A DNA stretch of 64,000 bases from Octopus vulgaris (GCA_951406725.2 OX597818.1:51646001-51710000); one strand, 5' to 3'; shown: positions 49,486 through 63,633, counted from the first letter of the stretch. A program made the numbers and translations. The notes: generated by a model from the sequence alone, not told the origin.

Positions 49486-49766
49486 TAATGATAATAATAA
49501 TAGTCTTTTGCATTAAAAAAGATAATATATAATTACTTGCAACCACCGCACAATAATAATAAAAGTGAGAAGAAAGAGACAGCAATAACACAACACCGAA
49601 CAAGAGGAGAGGATCAAAACATCGCAATAACAACAGTAATTAAAGCTGGAAAAGGCGGGGGTGGGAAGTGGTGGTGGTGGTGGGGTGGGGGAAGACAACA
49701 AACAAACAAAAAAATTGTTGACACGTTGAAAATGAGGGAGAGATGAATGACGGGAAATGAAGAGAC

Positions 49767-49845
49767 AGTGGGAGGAAGGTAGTGGGAGGAAGGTAGTGGG
49801 AGGAAGGTAGTGGGAGGAAGGTAGTGGGATGAAGGTAGTGGGAGT
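49767..49845. repeat. 14-bp minisatellite (AGTGGGAGGAAGGT) x~5
   Basis: Seen directly. Confidence 0.9.
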
Positions 49846-50099
49846 AGGAGTAGGAGTAAGGAAGAGGAGGAATATCAGGGAAAAGAATGTGGGCGAAGAA
49901 AGTGGGCGAGGGAAGGTTTTATGTGCGTGCGTGTGCGTGTATGTGTGTGTGTTAGAGAGAAAGTCTGTGTGTGTGCGCGTGTGTGTATGGAAATGGGTGT
50001 AGCTAGCTGTGCGATGAAGCTTGAAGAGAGGTTAAAGGTCAATGCAATTCTTGCTGCCGTTTTTAGCTGCGGAAAGACACGTGTGCAGAGCACGTGCGT

Positions 50100-50421
50100 T
50101 TGCTTGGTAGGTAAAATGGCGCTGATCGTTTTTGTCTTGAAAATGGCCACCGCTATATAGGCGGCGGTGATGTTGGTGGTGGCGCCCTAAAGAAAGATAT
50201 TGCTGTTTCGAATAATGGTGGCGGCAGTGGTGGTGCTGGTGCTGCTACGACTTTAATGATATGCGACGGGTTTGGTTTGTGTAGCTGAGTGTAAGATAGC
50301 GTAGGGGAGTCAGTAACATCATAAGTAAGAAACGGGAAAACGAAGACACAGTTATGGCTAGGTGTGGTATTTGTGCGCGTGGAATCAGAGTGTGAAATGT
50401 GGGCAGCTAACGCCGGTAAGT
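50100..50421 (+). promoter_or_regulatory. Candidate 5' end or first exon of a host gene
   Basis: CpG-rich unique DNA with YY1-type AAAATGGCG (50113) and AAAATGGCC (50140). ATG TGG GCA GCT AAC GCC G|GTAAGT at 50397-50421 has a consensus splice donor. No downstream exon identified. Confidence 0.35.
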
Positions 50422-50570
50422 ATTGTAGCATTAGCTAGGAGGGTGGTGCTGAATTAAAACGTTATTGCTGATTGATATATAGCAGTTCCTGTTGTTGTAG
50501 ACCGTGGTCGGTGGTTGGGTGTAGGGTAGCGAATGGGGACTAGTATTATGGTTGATATTGCTCCTATTGT

Positions 50571-50637
50571 GGAGGCACGTGGCCTAGTGGTTAGAACAGC
50601 GGTCGAGGGATCGCATGTTCGAATTTCAGACCGGGCG

Positions 50638-50678
<41 letters not shown>

Positions 50679-50860
50679 AGAGCGAAACACCTAAGCTCCA
50701 CACGACTCCGGCAGAAGGTAATAGCAAACTTCTGCTGACTCTTTCGCCACAACTTTCTCTCACTCTTTCCTCCCGGCGTCCCGTCCAGATGGGGAACCTA
50801 TACGCCAAGGAAACCGGGAAACCGGCCCTTATGAGCCAGGCGTGGCTCGAGAAGGAACAA
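50571..50860 (+). mobile_element. SINE family C
   Basis: Homologous to 8807-9110. Confidence 0.85.
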
Positions 50861-50898
50861 AAAAAAAAACATTGCTCTCATTAATATTATTATTATTG

Positions 50899-50936
<38 letters not shown>

Positions 50937-51629
50937 GTTATTGTTATTGTTGTTGTTGTTGTTGTCATTGCAAAGGTAGAGAGCCGGCAGAATCGTTAGC
51001 ACGCCGTGCTTAACTCTTTACGTTCTGAGTCCAAATTTCGTCGAGGCCGACTCTACCTTTCATCCTTTTGGGGTCGACAAATTAAGTACCAGTGGATTAT
51101 TGGGGTCGATGTAATGGACTAACCCCACCCCACCGAAATTTCAAGCAGTGTGCCTCTAATGGAAAGGATTATTATTATTATTGTTGTTGTTGTTGTTGTT
51201 GTTGTTTTTGTTGCTGGCGGAATCTTTGGCACAAAATGCTTAGCGGTACTTCGTCCGTCTTTACGTTCTGAGTTCAAATTTCGCCGAGGGTGACTTTGCC
51301 TTTCATCATTCCGGGGTCCATAAAATAAGTAAGTACCAGTCGAACGCTGGGCTCGATGTAATTGTCTTACTCCGCCCTTGAAATTGCTGGTCCGGTGCCA
51401 AATTTGAAACCAACATTTTAAGGAGGTAGTGAGCTGGCGGAATCGTTAGCACGAAGGGCAAAATGCTTAGCCCCTCCCCCCATAGTTTCTGGCCTCGCGC
51501 CAAAATTTTAAGCCATCATTATTATAGTTACTGCAGTCATTATGGTGGGGTGGTGGTGGTCATGGTTATGGTTATTGAAAAACATCGATTGCTGTTCTAA
51601 AAGTCATGATTTTATTTCGATGTGATTGT

Positions 51630-52093
51630 CTTCTTCTTCTTCTTCTTCTTCTTCTTCTTCTTCTTCTTCTTCTTCTTCTTCTTCTTCTTCTTCTTCCAAT
51701 CAGGACTCATGCCATTAGCCACAAAAGAATAATCTGTAATTCGAGCCTACTCTAAGCTACTAAGAATGCGTGCGGCAACTTGAAGATCCACCCACCACAC
51801 GTGATAGACTGGCGGCTTGCACGGGCGCGAAAGCTACGTTGTTATCCTCATTCCGTAAACGGTGGCTTTTAACGGGTGGAGAGCTGAACCATCCTGGGGT
51901 ACAGAGGATTCGCAATCTCGACTAGGGTCTGAAAGTTTACCACACCATAGTGGGTTACACCATGGTTCCTCTGCTTTCTGGCAGAAGTAGGAAGAAAGAG
52001 TAAGAGAAAGTTGTGGTGAAAGAGTTCAGCTGAATTCACCACTCCGCCCCACCGGAGCCTCGTGGAGCTAAGGTGTTTTTGCTCAATAAACAC
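51630..52093 (-). mobile_element. SINE with a family-C-like head and a distinct tail ending in (GAA)n
   Basis: The head at 51965-52093 matches 11440-11550. An unrelated 3' part runs to the (TTC)n at 51630-51695. Confidence 0.65.
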
Positions 52094-52379
52094 TGTTGTT
52101 GTTGTTGTTTAGCATCGTCGGATTTTGCAAAAATTCTTCCAATCACTAGGAGTATTTTAAATTTTGGTCAGACTTTTTTCAAATTTTCTACTCTCAATGT
52201 AAATTCTTTATTATTTAACTTCTATGAAAAAATGAATGCGATTTTTGCCATCAGTATGCAAAACTACATCTTTGAAAAATATTCGGGTAAAAATTTGAAA
52301 TACATCACGTGAGAGGAAGAAATTTAACAAGATTAGTACCGCGAACTCTAACTGAGCTGATCTATGATTGACTGATTGA

Positions 52380-53375
52380 CTACAAACCCAGTTACGTGTC
52401 TCACCAACTTAGTGGCTTTACTTTTGTCGATGTGCCGAAAGAAGACTGGTGGCTTGCATAACATCTTTTGAACTCGCCTTTGCATGAACTGATGTAATTT
52501 TCCTCTCAGTTAGGTTGTCTTGAAGCGTAGCTGTGACTTCTGCCTCAGAAGACGGAATTTATCATAAACACCTGGCTAAGTGGGTAAGCTTCAAGATCTC
52601 GTCAGTTACAACTGGCAGTCGGCTCTTGGTGATGCCTATGAGTGATAGTGTTCTTAATACTGGACAGCAGCTATATGCTATTTGAATGACGTGTTTATTA
52701 AAAGTTTTCATGTATTTATGGTTTACTGGGAAGTGCTTATGTAAAAGAGACCGGGATTTCTTGCCTACATTAGCCTTAGCATCTACGGAGAAAGGTGTGT
52801 TTGTGTGAGTTGGGGGATATTTTTAGGATTCATATTTTTACTTGAATAGCTATAATGTATCTTAGCTTTGAAGCTGTTGTTAGCTAGGCATTGTTATAGT
52901 AGGAGACTGCTTCATCAAATATTTCTTTAAGAGAGGAGAGATTGCTGAGACCCCCTTCAGTCATAACACAGACCATGGGATTGCACCTCGAAAGTTACCC
53001 TCCTAGGCACAAGTCCGGGTAAGGTTGTTTATGGAAGACAAACAGTCGCCCATGTATACCGGCCACCCCTCTCCACGCCACCAGTGTTATCCAAGGGAAA
53101 GGCAACAACCGATACAGCTTGGTACCCGTGATGTCGCAACTCATTTCTACAGCTGAGTGAACTGGAGCAACGTGAAATAAAGTGTCTTGCTCAAGAACAC
53201 AACACGCAGCCTGGCCCGCGATTCGAACTCACAACTTCACGATCGTAAGCTCGACGCTCTAACCACTGAACCATGCGCCTTTACAGAGGAGAGATTAGAT
53301 ATCGTATTATTGATGTTAGCTAACAGATTTTTAAATATTATACGTGGGTGAACCTTTTTCTTACAGTTATCAAAT
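52380..53375 (-). pseudogene. Degenerate Penelope-like RT-thumb/GIY-YIG fragment split by a SINE
   Basis: Manual translation across frameshifts: HPRIIFKNLLANINNTISNLSS...PFSVDAKANVGKKSRSLLHKHFPVNHKYMKTFNKHVIQIAYSC...YISSCKGEFKRCYASHQSSFRH. Confidence 0.8.
52944..53284 (-). mobile_element. Full SINE (head B, tail Y) with a 12-bp TSD
   Basis: Head GGCGCATGGTTCAGTGGTTAGAGC...GAGTTCGAATC. AGAGGAGAGATT at 52932-52943 and 53285-53296. Confidence 0.88.
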
Positions 53376-53807
53376 TTATCGAGACACTCGACAACCAACA
53401 CTATGGGTATTATTCATGGGACTGATGAGTCTGATATGGAACTCGATGAGATTTGGCTGTTACTACTGAAGGAACTAAGTCTTTATTTCGTGAGGTGAGC
53501 TGTCATCAACGGCATTTTGACAGAGTCGTTATTGTATTTCTCCGACTCTAAGCGTACTGCGTTCAAATCTTGCTGAGGACGTCTTTGTTTTCTTTGCCCT
53601 TTCGGGTCCGGTGGTGGCCTACACTGGCGAAGATTAATCCATGTTCTTTCAACCAAGGCAAATATAATTTACGGATGAAGTGTAAGACCCCAGAACTTAA
53701 CACGATACCAGTGAGCAGATACGAACTACCGACTCCCGAGCCACATTTCAAATACTCTGTAGGCTTAGCTATCCAAATTCTTTCTCAATCCTTCCCTATA
53801 TATACCG

Positions 53808-54007
53808 CTCTTTCTCTTGCTCTTTCCTTGTTTGTTTGTTTGTTTCTTTCTTTCTTTCTTTTCTTCTTTCTTTCTTTTCTTCTTTCTGTCTTTCTTTCCT
53901 TCCTTACTTCCTTCCTTCCTTCCTTCTTTCTTTCTTTCTTTTTTTCTTTCCTTCTTTCTTTCTTTTCTTCTTCCTTCCTTCTTTCTTTCTTACCTTCCTT
54001 CCTCCCT

Positions 54008-54079
<72 letters not shown>

Positions 54080-54166
54080 TCCTTCCTTCCTTTCTTTCTT
54101 TCTTTCTTCCTTCCTTCTTTCTTCCTTCTTCCTTTCTTTCTTTCCTTCTTTCCTTTCCTTCCTTCC

Positions 54167-54215
<49 letters not shown>

Positions 54216-55021
54216 TCCTTCCATCTTTCCTTCATCCTTCCTTCCTTCCTTCCTTCCTTCCTTCCTTCCTTCCTTCTCACTTCTCTCATAAATTAAGCTA
54301 GACACGTAGACAGTTTAAAGCTGTTGCTTCGCTCCGAGACATTTGTAAATACTTAGGTTGACAGAGGCGAGAGAAAGCCGATATGAAATTGTTAAAATAT
54401 GAGGAGATTAAATACTGTAGATATATTATAATACAATGATTTTAATCATAAATGACAGGTATGCTTTAAGAAACAGGTGTGTGGTGAGGAGAGATGGGAA
54501 AAGATAGCGCCTGTTGTAGAGAAAAGATGAACAAGAGAGCAAGAGAGAGACAGAGAGAGAGAGACAGACAGAGAGAAAGAGAAAGGGAGAAAGAGAGAGA
54601 CAGAGGAGAGATGAGAGAGATAAATTGATGGATTAAGAGAGAAAGAAGAGAGAGATGTGCAAGAGATGGAGAGTCACATAGAGCAGAAGAGCATGAAAAG
54701 AAGGCAGACGGAAAGTGAAAGAGAGAAAAAGGAAGAGAGAAAGGAAGAAAGAGGAAAGAGAAGAAAAAGAAGAGGGAAGAGAGAAGGAAGAAAGAGGGGA
54801 GAAGAGGAAGAGAGGGGGAAGGAGAGAAAAAGAGAGAGAAAGCGATAGGGGAGAAGATAAACAGAAAGAGAGAAAGAGTGAGAAGGAGAGGAAGAGAGTG
54901 GAAGAAAGAGGAAAGAGAGAGGAAGAAGGAGAAGAAGAAAGAGGGAGAGAAAGAAGGAGCAAAAGAGAGAAAGAAAGGAAGAAAGGTGAAGGAGAGAAAA
55001 TGAGAGAAAGAGATAGGGGAG

Positions 55022-55113
<92 letters not shown>

Positions 55114-55400
55114 GGGGAGAGAGAAAAGAGTGGAAGAAATAGGAAAGAGAAAGGAAGAGATAGGGAGAGAAAGAAGGGCTGGAAGAGAGAGAGAGAGAGA
55201 AAGAAAGAGTAAAAGGGAGAGAGAAAGGAAGAGAAGGGGAAGGAGAGAAAAAAGAAAGAGAGAGGGAGGAAGATAAACAGAAAGCGTGAGAGAGCGAGGA
55301 GGGAGAGAGGGGTGCAAAGTGAGGCAGAAGAAGAAGCAGAGAATGGGGGGGGGGACAGAAAAGAAAGGAGAAAGAGGAAGAGAGACAGAAGAGCAAAAGA
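53808..55400. repeat. Polypyrimidine (CTTT/CCTT)n block (53808-54285) and polypurine (GA-rich) block (54520-55400)
   Basis: Seen directly. Confidence 0.9.
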
Positions 55401-55754
55401 GATCCAAAGAATGGACATATTTGGAGACAAGACGTACAAATTGTTGCAAGATAGAGTAACGGAAAATCTTCCCTAAACATCTTCCTTAAATCTTCCTTAA
55501 ACATTCATTATAAAACTGTAACTGTTAGAAATATTTAGAATGGACAAATAATTCGAGTTAATCCTTATAAATCTTTAAAATATAAGCCCTGGATATAGAT
55601 TTTACTTGAAACTATTGTTGAGGCTCTCATTGACATGTCAACAATTTGACAGGAAAGTTTTATTTAATAGATCGCTTGTGAAATATAGACATCCTTACAA
55701 AAAAACCCCACACACTCATATGTATACACACACACATATATATATATATATATA

Positions 55755-55787
<33 letters not shown>

Positions 55788-56274
55788 ACGTGTGTGTAGA
55801 TGTGTGTTGTGTTTGTTTATCTTCGTTTACTCATAAATAAAGTTAGACACGAAGATATGTTGTAGTTGTGTGTGTTTCGCTTCGACACGTTTGTAAATGT
55901 TCGAGTTGACAGCAACAGTGAAAGGCGATATAGAATCGTTGAAATATGAGGAGATTAAATACTATTGATATAGTATTATAATAATAATACAATGACTTCA
56001 ATCATAAATGACATAAAAGACACGCATACACACACACGTACACACACGCACACATGTACTATGAGTTCGCTCAGGCATAGCGATACAAATAACCAGTTGT
56101 TAGAACCCAACATATTCATATTTTAGAGTAGCGGTTCTCAACCGTGATCCATATAGCTCCTGAGGGTCCATATAAGAAATCAGGGAGTCCAAGCAGCAAA
56201 ATAGTAAAGTGGGGCCTCTGAAAAGTTTTGCTTTAGATTTATGTATTGGTATTTATTGCAAGAAACAGATAGGT

Positions 56275-56667
56275 TTGCTCTTTTACTCTTTTACTCTTTT
56301 ACTTGTTTCAGTCATTTGACTGCGGCCATGCTGGAGCACCGCCTTCAGTCGACCAAATCGACCCCAGGACTTTTTCTTTGTAAGCCTAGTACTTATTCTA
56401 TCGGTCTCTTTTGCCGAACAGCTAAGTTACGGAAACGTAAACATACCACCATCGGTTGTCAAGCGATGGTGAGAGGACAAACACAGACATACAAACATAC
56501 ACACACACAAATATATATATACGACGGGCTTCTTTCAGTTTCCGTCTACCAAATCCACTCACAAGGCTTTGGTCGGCCCGAGGCTATAGTAGAAAACACT
56601 TGCCCAAGGTGCCACGCAGCAGGACTGAACCCGGAACTGAAGCTGTCACACTGCCACTCCTGCGCCT
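56275..56667 (-). mobile_element. SINE family A
   Basis: Consensus match. Confidence 0.88.
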
Positions 56668-57280
56668 TTAACATTTTACACAGTTTCAGACTACACGCGT
56701 TAATAGATGAAAAGCAAAATAAGAATTTTGAGAAGAAGTCTCTATAAAACTAGCCATAAAACGTCGAATGGCTATGGTTGGGGGTAGTGGGGATGCCTCC
56801 TGAATAAAATTACAAATAAAAGGGGTCTAAAGGCAGAGAAAAAATGGTTGAGAACCCCAGTTTTAGAGTAAAGTATCCGGTGATTACAATAGCTTTCGAA
56901 TGATGCTGGCTTGGCGAAAAGGCCAGCACTCCCCCTGATCGGAAGGTTATTCCGTCGCGAGTGGCATAGACTCGTGGTTAGATGTATTGCACTCATTATC
57001 ACGAGGTCGTGGTTTCGATTCTGAGACCGGCTGCGCGTTGTGCCCTTGAGCAAAACACTTCATTTCACGTTGCTCCACTCCTATCAGTTATAAATGAGTA
57101 ACCCTGCGACCGACTAGCCTTCTGATCAGGGGAATTTTGACCTGCACACCTTGCCAGCAGGGAGACATCATTCGTAAGTAAAACGATGCGAAGTGTATCA
57201 TGACCAGCGATGTATAACAACATCTGATAGCCTGGTCGCTACCGTGATGCCATAACATATATAATAATATATCATGTATT

Positions 57281-57353
57281 TTAAATTAAGCAGAAAATGG
57301 AGAAATCTTGAATTGTTGTTGATCAAGATTTCTCCATTTTCTGCTTAATTTAA
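57281..57353. repeat. Perfect 31-bp inverted repeat with an 11-nt loop
   Basis: TTAAATTAAGCAGAAAATGGAGAAATCTTGA-attgttgttga-TCAAGATTTCTCCATTTTCTGCTTAATTTAA. Confidence 0.95.
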
Positions 57354-57647
57354 CTTTGATTCCTGACAAACTCTTGTTTATCTTTGTCCATTGCCTGATC
57401 CTATAAGCATAATATGTTTGCATATGTACGCCCAAGGTTAACATAGGTAATTTATATCGGTAGTAAAACGGATATTCTTATCCCTTAGGCGGTAACTTCA
57501 GCCGCTAAATTTTTATAAAGTTCACTGTGGTTACTTAACTACCTCTCAAGGATTATTCAAACGGATACTTCGAATATGTCATATCAGGAGAAACTTGAAG
57601 TCATAATCAACCACTAAGGCATCAAACTGGACGTATCATTTGTGCAT

Positions 57648-57979
57648 TGGATAGAATGTTCTGCAGTTTTTGCTCTTTGCACTTTGAGTTCAATTCCCAC
57701 CGTGTTGCAGATAGCGAGGTGATGAAATGGGTTTTTTGTATCTGAATGCATACATATGATGCAAGAAATTTTTCTTAAAGGTATTGACAGGTAGTTCCAG
57801 ATCTTTTCTGGATAGAATGCTCTGCAGTATTTGTTTTAGCTCTTTGCACTCTGAATTCAATTCCTGCCGTGATGCAGATATTAAGGCGATGAAATGTTTT
57901 TTTTTTTTCGTATCTGAATGCATACATATGTTGCAAGAAATTTTTTTAAAGGGATTGACTGGTAGTTCCAGATCTTTTC
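57648..57979. repeat. Diverged two-copy tandem repeat (~165 bp)
   Basis: TGGATAGAATG.TCTGCAGT...GTATCTGAATGCATACATATG...GGTAGTTCCAGATCTTTTC occurs twice. Confidence 0.85.
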
Positions 57980-57989
57980 CTTTTTACTA

Positions 57990-58310
57990 TTTGTACAGAC
58001 AATATACTGTTTTAGAAAGACTCATACCATTGAGAGGGCAGATACTAGAATTGTTTCCTTTATATATAGAAGGAATGTCTTGCGTTTTCTTATTGGAAAT
58101 TTTTTCAGTTTATCCTAGCTTTGGAAGCAGCAAAGATTTCGGTGTATCTCACCTTGACACTCTGTCTATTAAAGACCTTTTGCTATCAATGATAACAGAA
58201 GGCGTTTATACAATTCTACAGGGAAATTCACATTCGTAAGGTTTAAAGAAATCCTGGTAACATTTGAATTAACGTTTAAACAATGTTTCGTATGGATTTC
58301 GGATGGATTT
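57990..58310 (-). pseudogene. Highly degenerate Penelope-like fragment (thumb/linker region)
   Basis: Manual translation: KSIRNIV...LNVNSNVTRISLNLTNVNFP...KVFNRQSVKVRY...ICPLNGMSLSK, the same motif order as at 52380-53375. Confidence 0.65.
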
Positions 58311-58354
58311 GCCATACTCTGAAAGATCATCCCATAAAAAACCTATCTCTCTTA

Positions 58355-58750
58355 AGGCGGCGAGCTGGCAGAAGCGATAGCACGCCGGACGAAATGCTTA
58401 GCAGTATTTCGTCTGCCGCTATGTTCTGAGTTCAAATTCCGCCGAGGTCGACTTTGCCTTTCATCCTTTCGGGGTCGATAAATTAAGTACTAGTTACGCA
58501 CTGGGGTCGATATAATCGACTTAATACCTATGTCTGTCCTTGTTTGTCTCTGTGTTTAGCCCCTTGTGGGTAATAAAGAAATAGGTATTTCGTCTGCCGT
58601 TACGTTGTGAGTTTAAATTCCGCCGAGGTCGACTTTGCCTTTCATCCTTCCGCGGTCGATAAATTAAATACCAGTTGCGTACTGGGGTCGATGTAATCGA
58701 TTGGCCCCCTCCCCCCAAATTTTGGGCCTTGTGCATTGAGTAGAAAAGAA
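58355..58750 (+). mobile_element. Dimeric SINE family B; the second monomer has the alternative tail
   Basis: The first tail is ...AGCCCCTTGTGGGTAATAAAGAAATA and the second is ...CCCCCTCCCCCCAAATTTTGGGCCTTGTGC..AGTAGAAAAGAA. Confidence 0.85.
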
Positions 58751-59261
58751 TTACCCGACTTTATCTCTTGTAGCCAAAGGACTTAGATATACAAAACAAA
58801 GTAGAAAGCAGTGATGGTCTTGATAATTTGCATAATTTAAACCAAACCGAGTTAAGGGAAATAACTCACAGTAGGGGCTAGCGGCATGCGTTTGAATGAC
58901 ATAGACAAATACGGGTATGTATCTTGTGATTATCTCCCCTTCTCGAACAAAGCTGGTCCTAATTGACATTAGGTAATTATCACTCATCGTCTAGGGTTGT
59001 AGATAATTTTAATAAATCAAGGACATTTTTTGTAAGGTATTTAACATGCAGGTATTTGTCTATGTTGTTGAAAAACATGCCACTGGCCTCTTCGAGTTAT
59101 TTTTCTTAGCTTATTTTTGTTTGGCGCAGGAGTGGCTATGTGGTAGATCTGTAATCTATCGGGAACCAAAAACGTAACAAATATTTAGCCACATGTGGAC
59201 GTGATCCGAAAAGTTCAGTTATTGAATTTAGACATGTGGAGGGGTCTGTAGTCTTCGAATC

Positions 59262-59963
59262 GGATCTGTAGTCTTCGAATTAACTTTCGTTTTTTCTGGT
59301 TTTGAGAAGCCTAATTTCTCAAGAGTGGTATTTAGGCAGTAATTTACATATCCCAGGTTCCCAATAATTACAGGTATAAACACTAACTTGTAATCTGGAT
59401 AGAGTAACTGTAGATTTCTCCATAGTTCAGCATAGGTATTCTCTTTTTCACTGATCTTCACCTTAATGTTAAAGTCTTGCTGGGCAGCTTATTTCCACAA
59501 CTGTGCACAGTTTCTCTTCTCTATCCTAAATAATTATATCAGGTCTCTTATGCTTACATTTTATTGAGGTCTTCACTGGTACGTTCTACCAGTATTCCTT
59601 TTTATTATGAGTGGATCTGGTTTCTACCATATTGTTGGTTCTTATTTCTTTGTCCTCGGGATTATCCTTTTGACGGATTTCATTATAGAGTGTCCTAGCT
59701 ACAACGTCATGTCTCATCGGTAGATAATACCATGATGACATTTTAGGACAACTGCTTATGATGTGAGGATATCTTCGGTGTCTGCACAAAGTCTGCATCG
59801 GTTGTCACATTTTACTGCGTTCCCTGCATCTCTATTCCTTTTGTGCATCAGGTACTTGGTTGATATTTCCTGTTCCTGGATTGCAAACGCATACCCTTCA
59901 AAGTGGGAGGTAGTAATCCGGCTATTCGTCTAAGATAAACTGCTTTGATGAGCGATATTACTA
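59262..59963 (-). mobile_element. R4-clade-like retrotransposon family B fragment
   Basis: SHFEGYAFAIQEQEISTKY...DNRCRLCA...HIISSCPKMSSWYYLPMRHDVVARTLYNEI...RPDII...KISEKENTYAELWRNLQLLYP. The 5' junction abuts (TATG)n at 59966. Confidence 0.88.
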
Positions 59964-59964
59964 C

Positions 59965-59995
<31 letters not shown>

Positions 59996-60061
59996 TGTAT
60001 GTATGTATGTATGTATGTATGTATGTATGCATGCATGTATGTATATATGTATGTATGCATG

Positions 60062-60092
<31 letters not shown>

Positions 60093-60121
60093 GTATATAT
60101 GTATGTATGTGTGTGTATGTT

Positions 60122-60166
<45 letters not shown>

Positions 60167-60838
60167 TCATAGTGATACATATGCCTTTATTTATCCAAGT
60201 ACGTGCATGTCTATGTATGCGAGTGAGTATGTGTGAATATATGTGCTTAAATGTGTGTCTACATGGTAAGACTACACCTTACCTTAAGCCTCAATATTTC
60301 ATTTCTTCTTAATTCAACAATGCATAGGAGTTAACTTGGGTAGTCTAAAGTATTACACTAATTGTTTATCAATAAATATCATTGTTAGTGTTATTATCAA
60401 CTATTTTTCAATGTCACATCCAGTCTTCTTGTCAACAACACGAGTACGTGAATAGGTTTTAAGTTCAAATAATGTCATGCATGCTTTATTTATATATATC
60501 TATACATTTTCCTTTCTTTATATCTACATATTTTTTTCAATCATTTATCAACGCTCAACAATTCTGACGTGAATAGGATCAGTGATATATTTTGATGTAG
60601 GGAAGAAAATAAGGGATTGCGCTAGCAACTGTCTTCGCTGAAATCCACTGATTTATCTGTCTGTTATTTTGTTCATATATCTTTTGTTTGTTCGGGGGTA
60701 ATCTTCATAGAGTTGAGAAGGAAATAGATTTTTTAAAACATCGTCCTTTCCCACATGCTCCAACTTTCAACTCGGTGTTTCATTTTTATTCTTATGTGTA
60801 AATGTAAATGTAAACTTTTCTTCTGGTTATCTGCTGGT

Positions 60839-62645
<1,807 letters not shown>

Positions 62646-62777
62646 GTTGGAATTTACAAAAAAATATACATATGCTAATGACGAAAATTGCATTCATTTT
62701 TTCTTCTAGAAATAATTCTAGAAAGTTACAAGCATTAAGAATTATATAATTTTAGCCAATCGAAGTCTCGAACATTC

Positions 62778-62812
62778 CACGTGCCGGATGTCGTGACTGT
62801 CTCCATGGAAAC
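62778..62812. promoter_or_regulatory. Candidate RFX X-box with adjacent E-box and ETS-like motifs
   Basis: GTCTCCATGGAAAC (62799-62812) fits the X-box consensus GTYNCC-AT-GGNAAC. CACGTG is at 62778 and CCGGATGT at ~62784. Motif evidence only. Confidence 0.35.
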
Positions 62813-63336
62813 ATCACACACACGAAACCTTTACGTGGTTTCGTAAACTGCTTGAAATAACAGTCATGTCTTCCATAGTCTATATCATAACGTCTAAAAT
62901 AAAAAAAACAAACAAACAAAAATGATGTCACATTGTGCCACAACGCCATCTATTTCGTCGACTAAAGCCGGCCCAAATGTTAATCCCTACTAAATGTGTT
63001 GATTGTCTCCTTCTTTCGTTTGCCCACTCGACTGTATATCTCGGATGCAGGTCCCACTGGATGGCACCCGGGGTGAAATATCTTCTACTATAGCCCCGGG
63101 CTGAACAAAGCCTTGTGAGTGGATGTACTAAATGGAAACTATAGACCACCGGCCATTAGGGTCTGACGAGACGTGTGTAAGCTTGGCGCTTTATGGACAT
63201 GAAACCCTGGGAACCGGCCACAACTGTCTTTCCCTGAATATTCTACTGGTCTATAACTTACAGTATGTTTCTCTTTCGGATTTATGGTTTACTGGAGATA
63301 TAACAACAACAACAACAACAATAATAATAAGGGGCT

Positions 63337-63633
63337 GATTGCTGCCTAACTCAGATACCAGGAAACCCCAAAATGGCAGAAATTCAAAAGAAAGTGCTCA
63401 TGGGAACTGCTCATATCCTACGCAAAATACTTTCTATGTAATCTCAGGGTTTAAAACAAATATCATTTTCGTTTTTTTTTTGATATTCACTAGTACAACA
63501 CCCCCCCCAAAAAAAACCCGAAATATATGGCACACTAGGCATAACAACAACACGAACTTCCAACCTGTTGTCTCTTGAGGTCTCTGGATGAGACTTGGAA
63601 CCAACTTGTACAAATATAAAGCAAAAGTCAAAC

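Noticed and set aside
53570-55504. Long F/L/S-rich and K/E/R-rich ORFs
   Set aside because: Purine and pyrimidine tracts that lack stop codons by composition.
58760-59100. Possible CR1/L2 ORF2 C-terminal remnant on the minus strand
   Set aside because: Only a vague RGDNHKI-like motif amid many stops.
63149-63198. CTGACGAG...GAAAC as another hammerhead
   Set aside because: No convincing helix II, and no UH cleavage site with a matching helix I or III.
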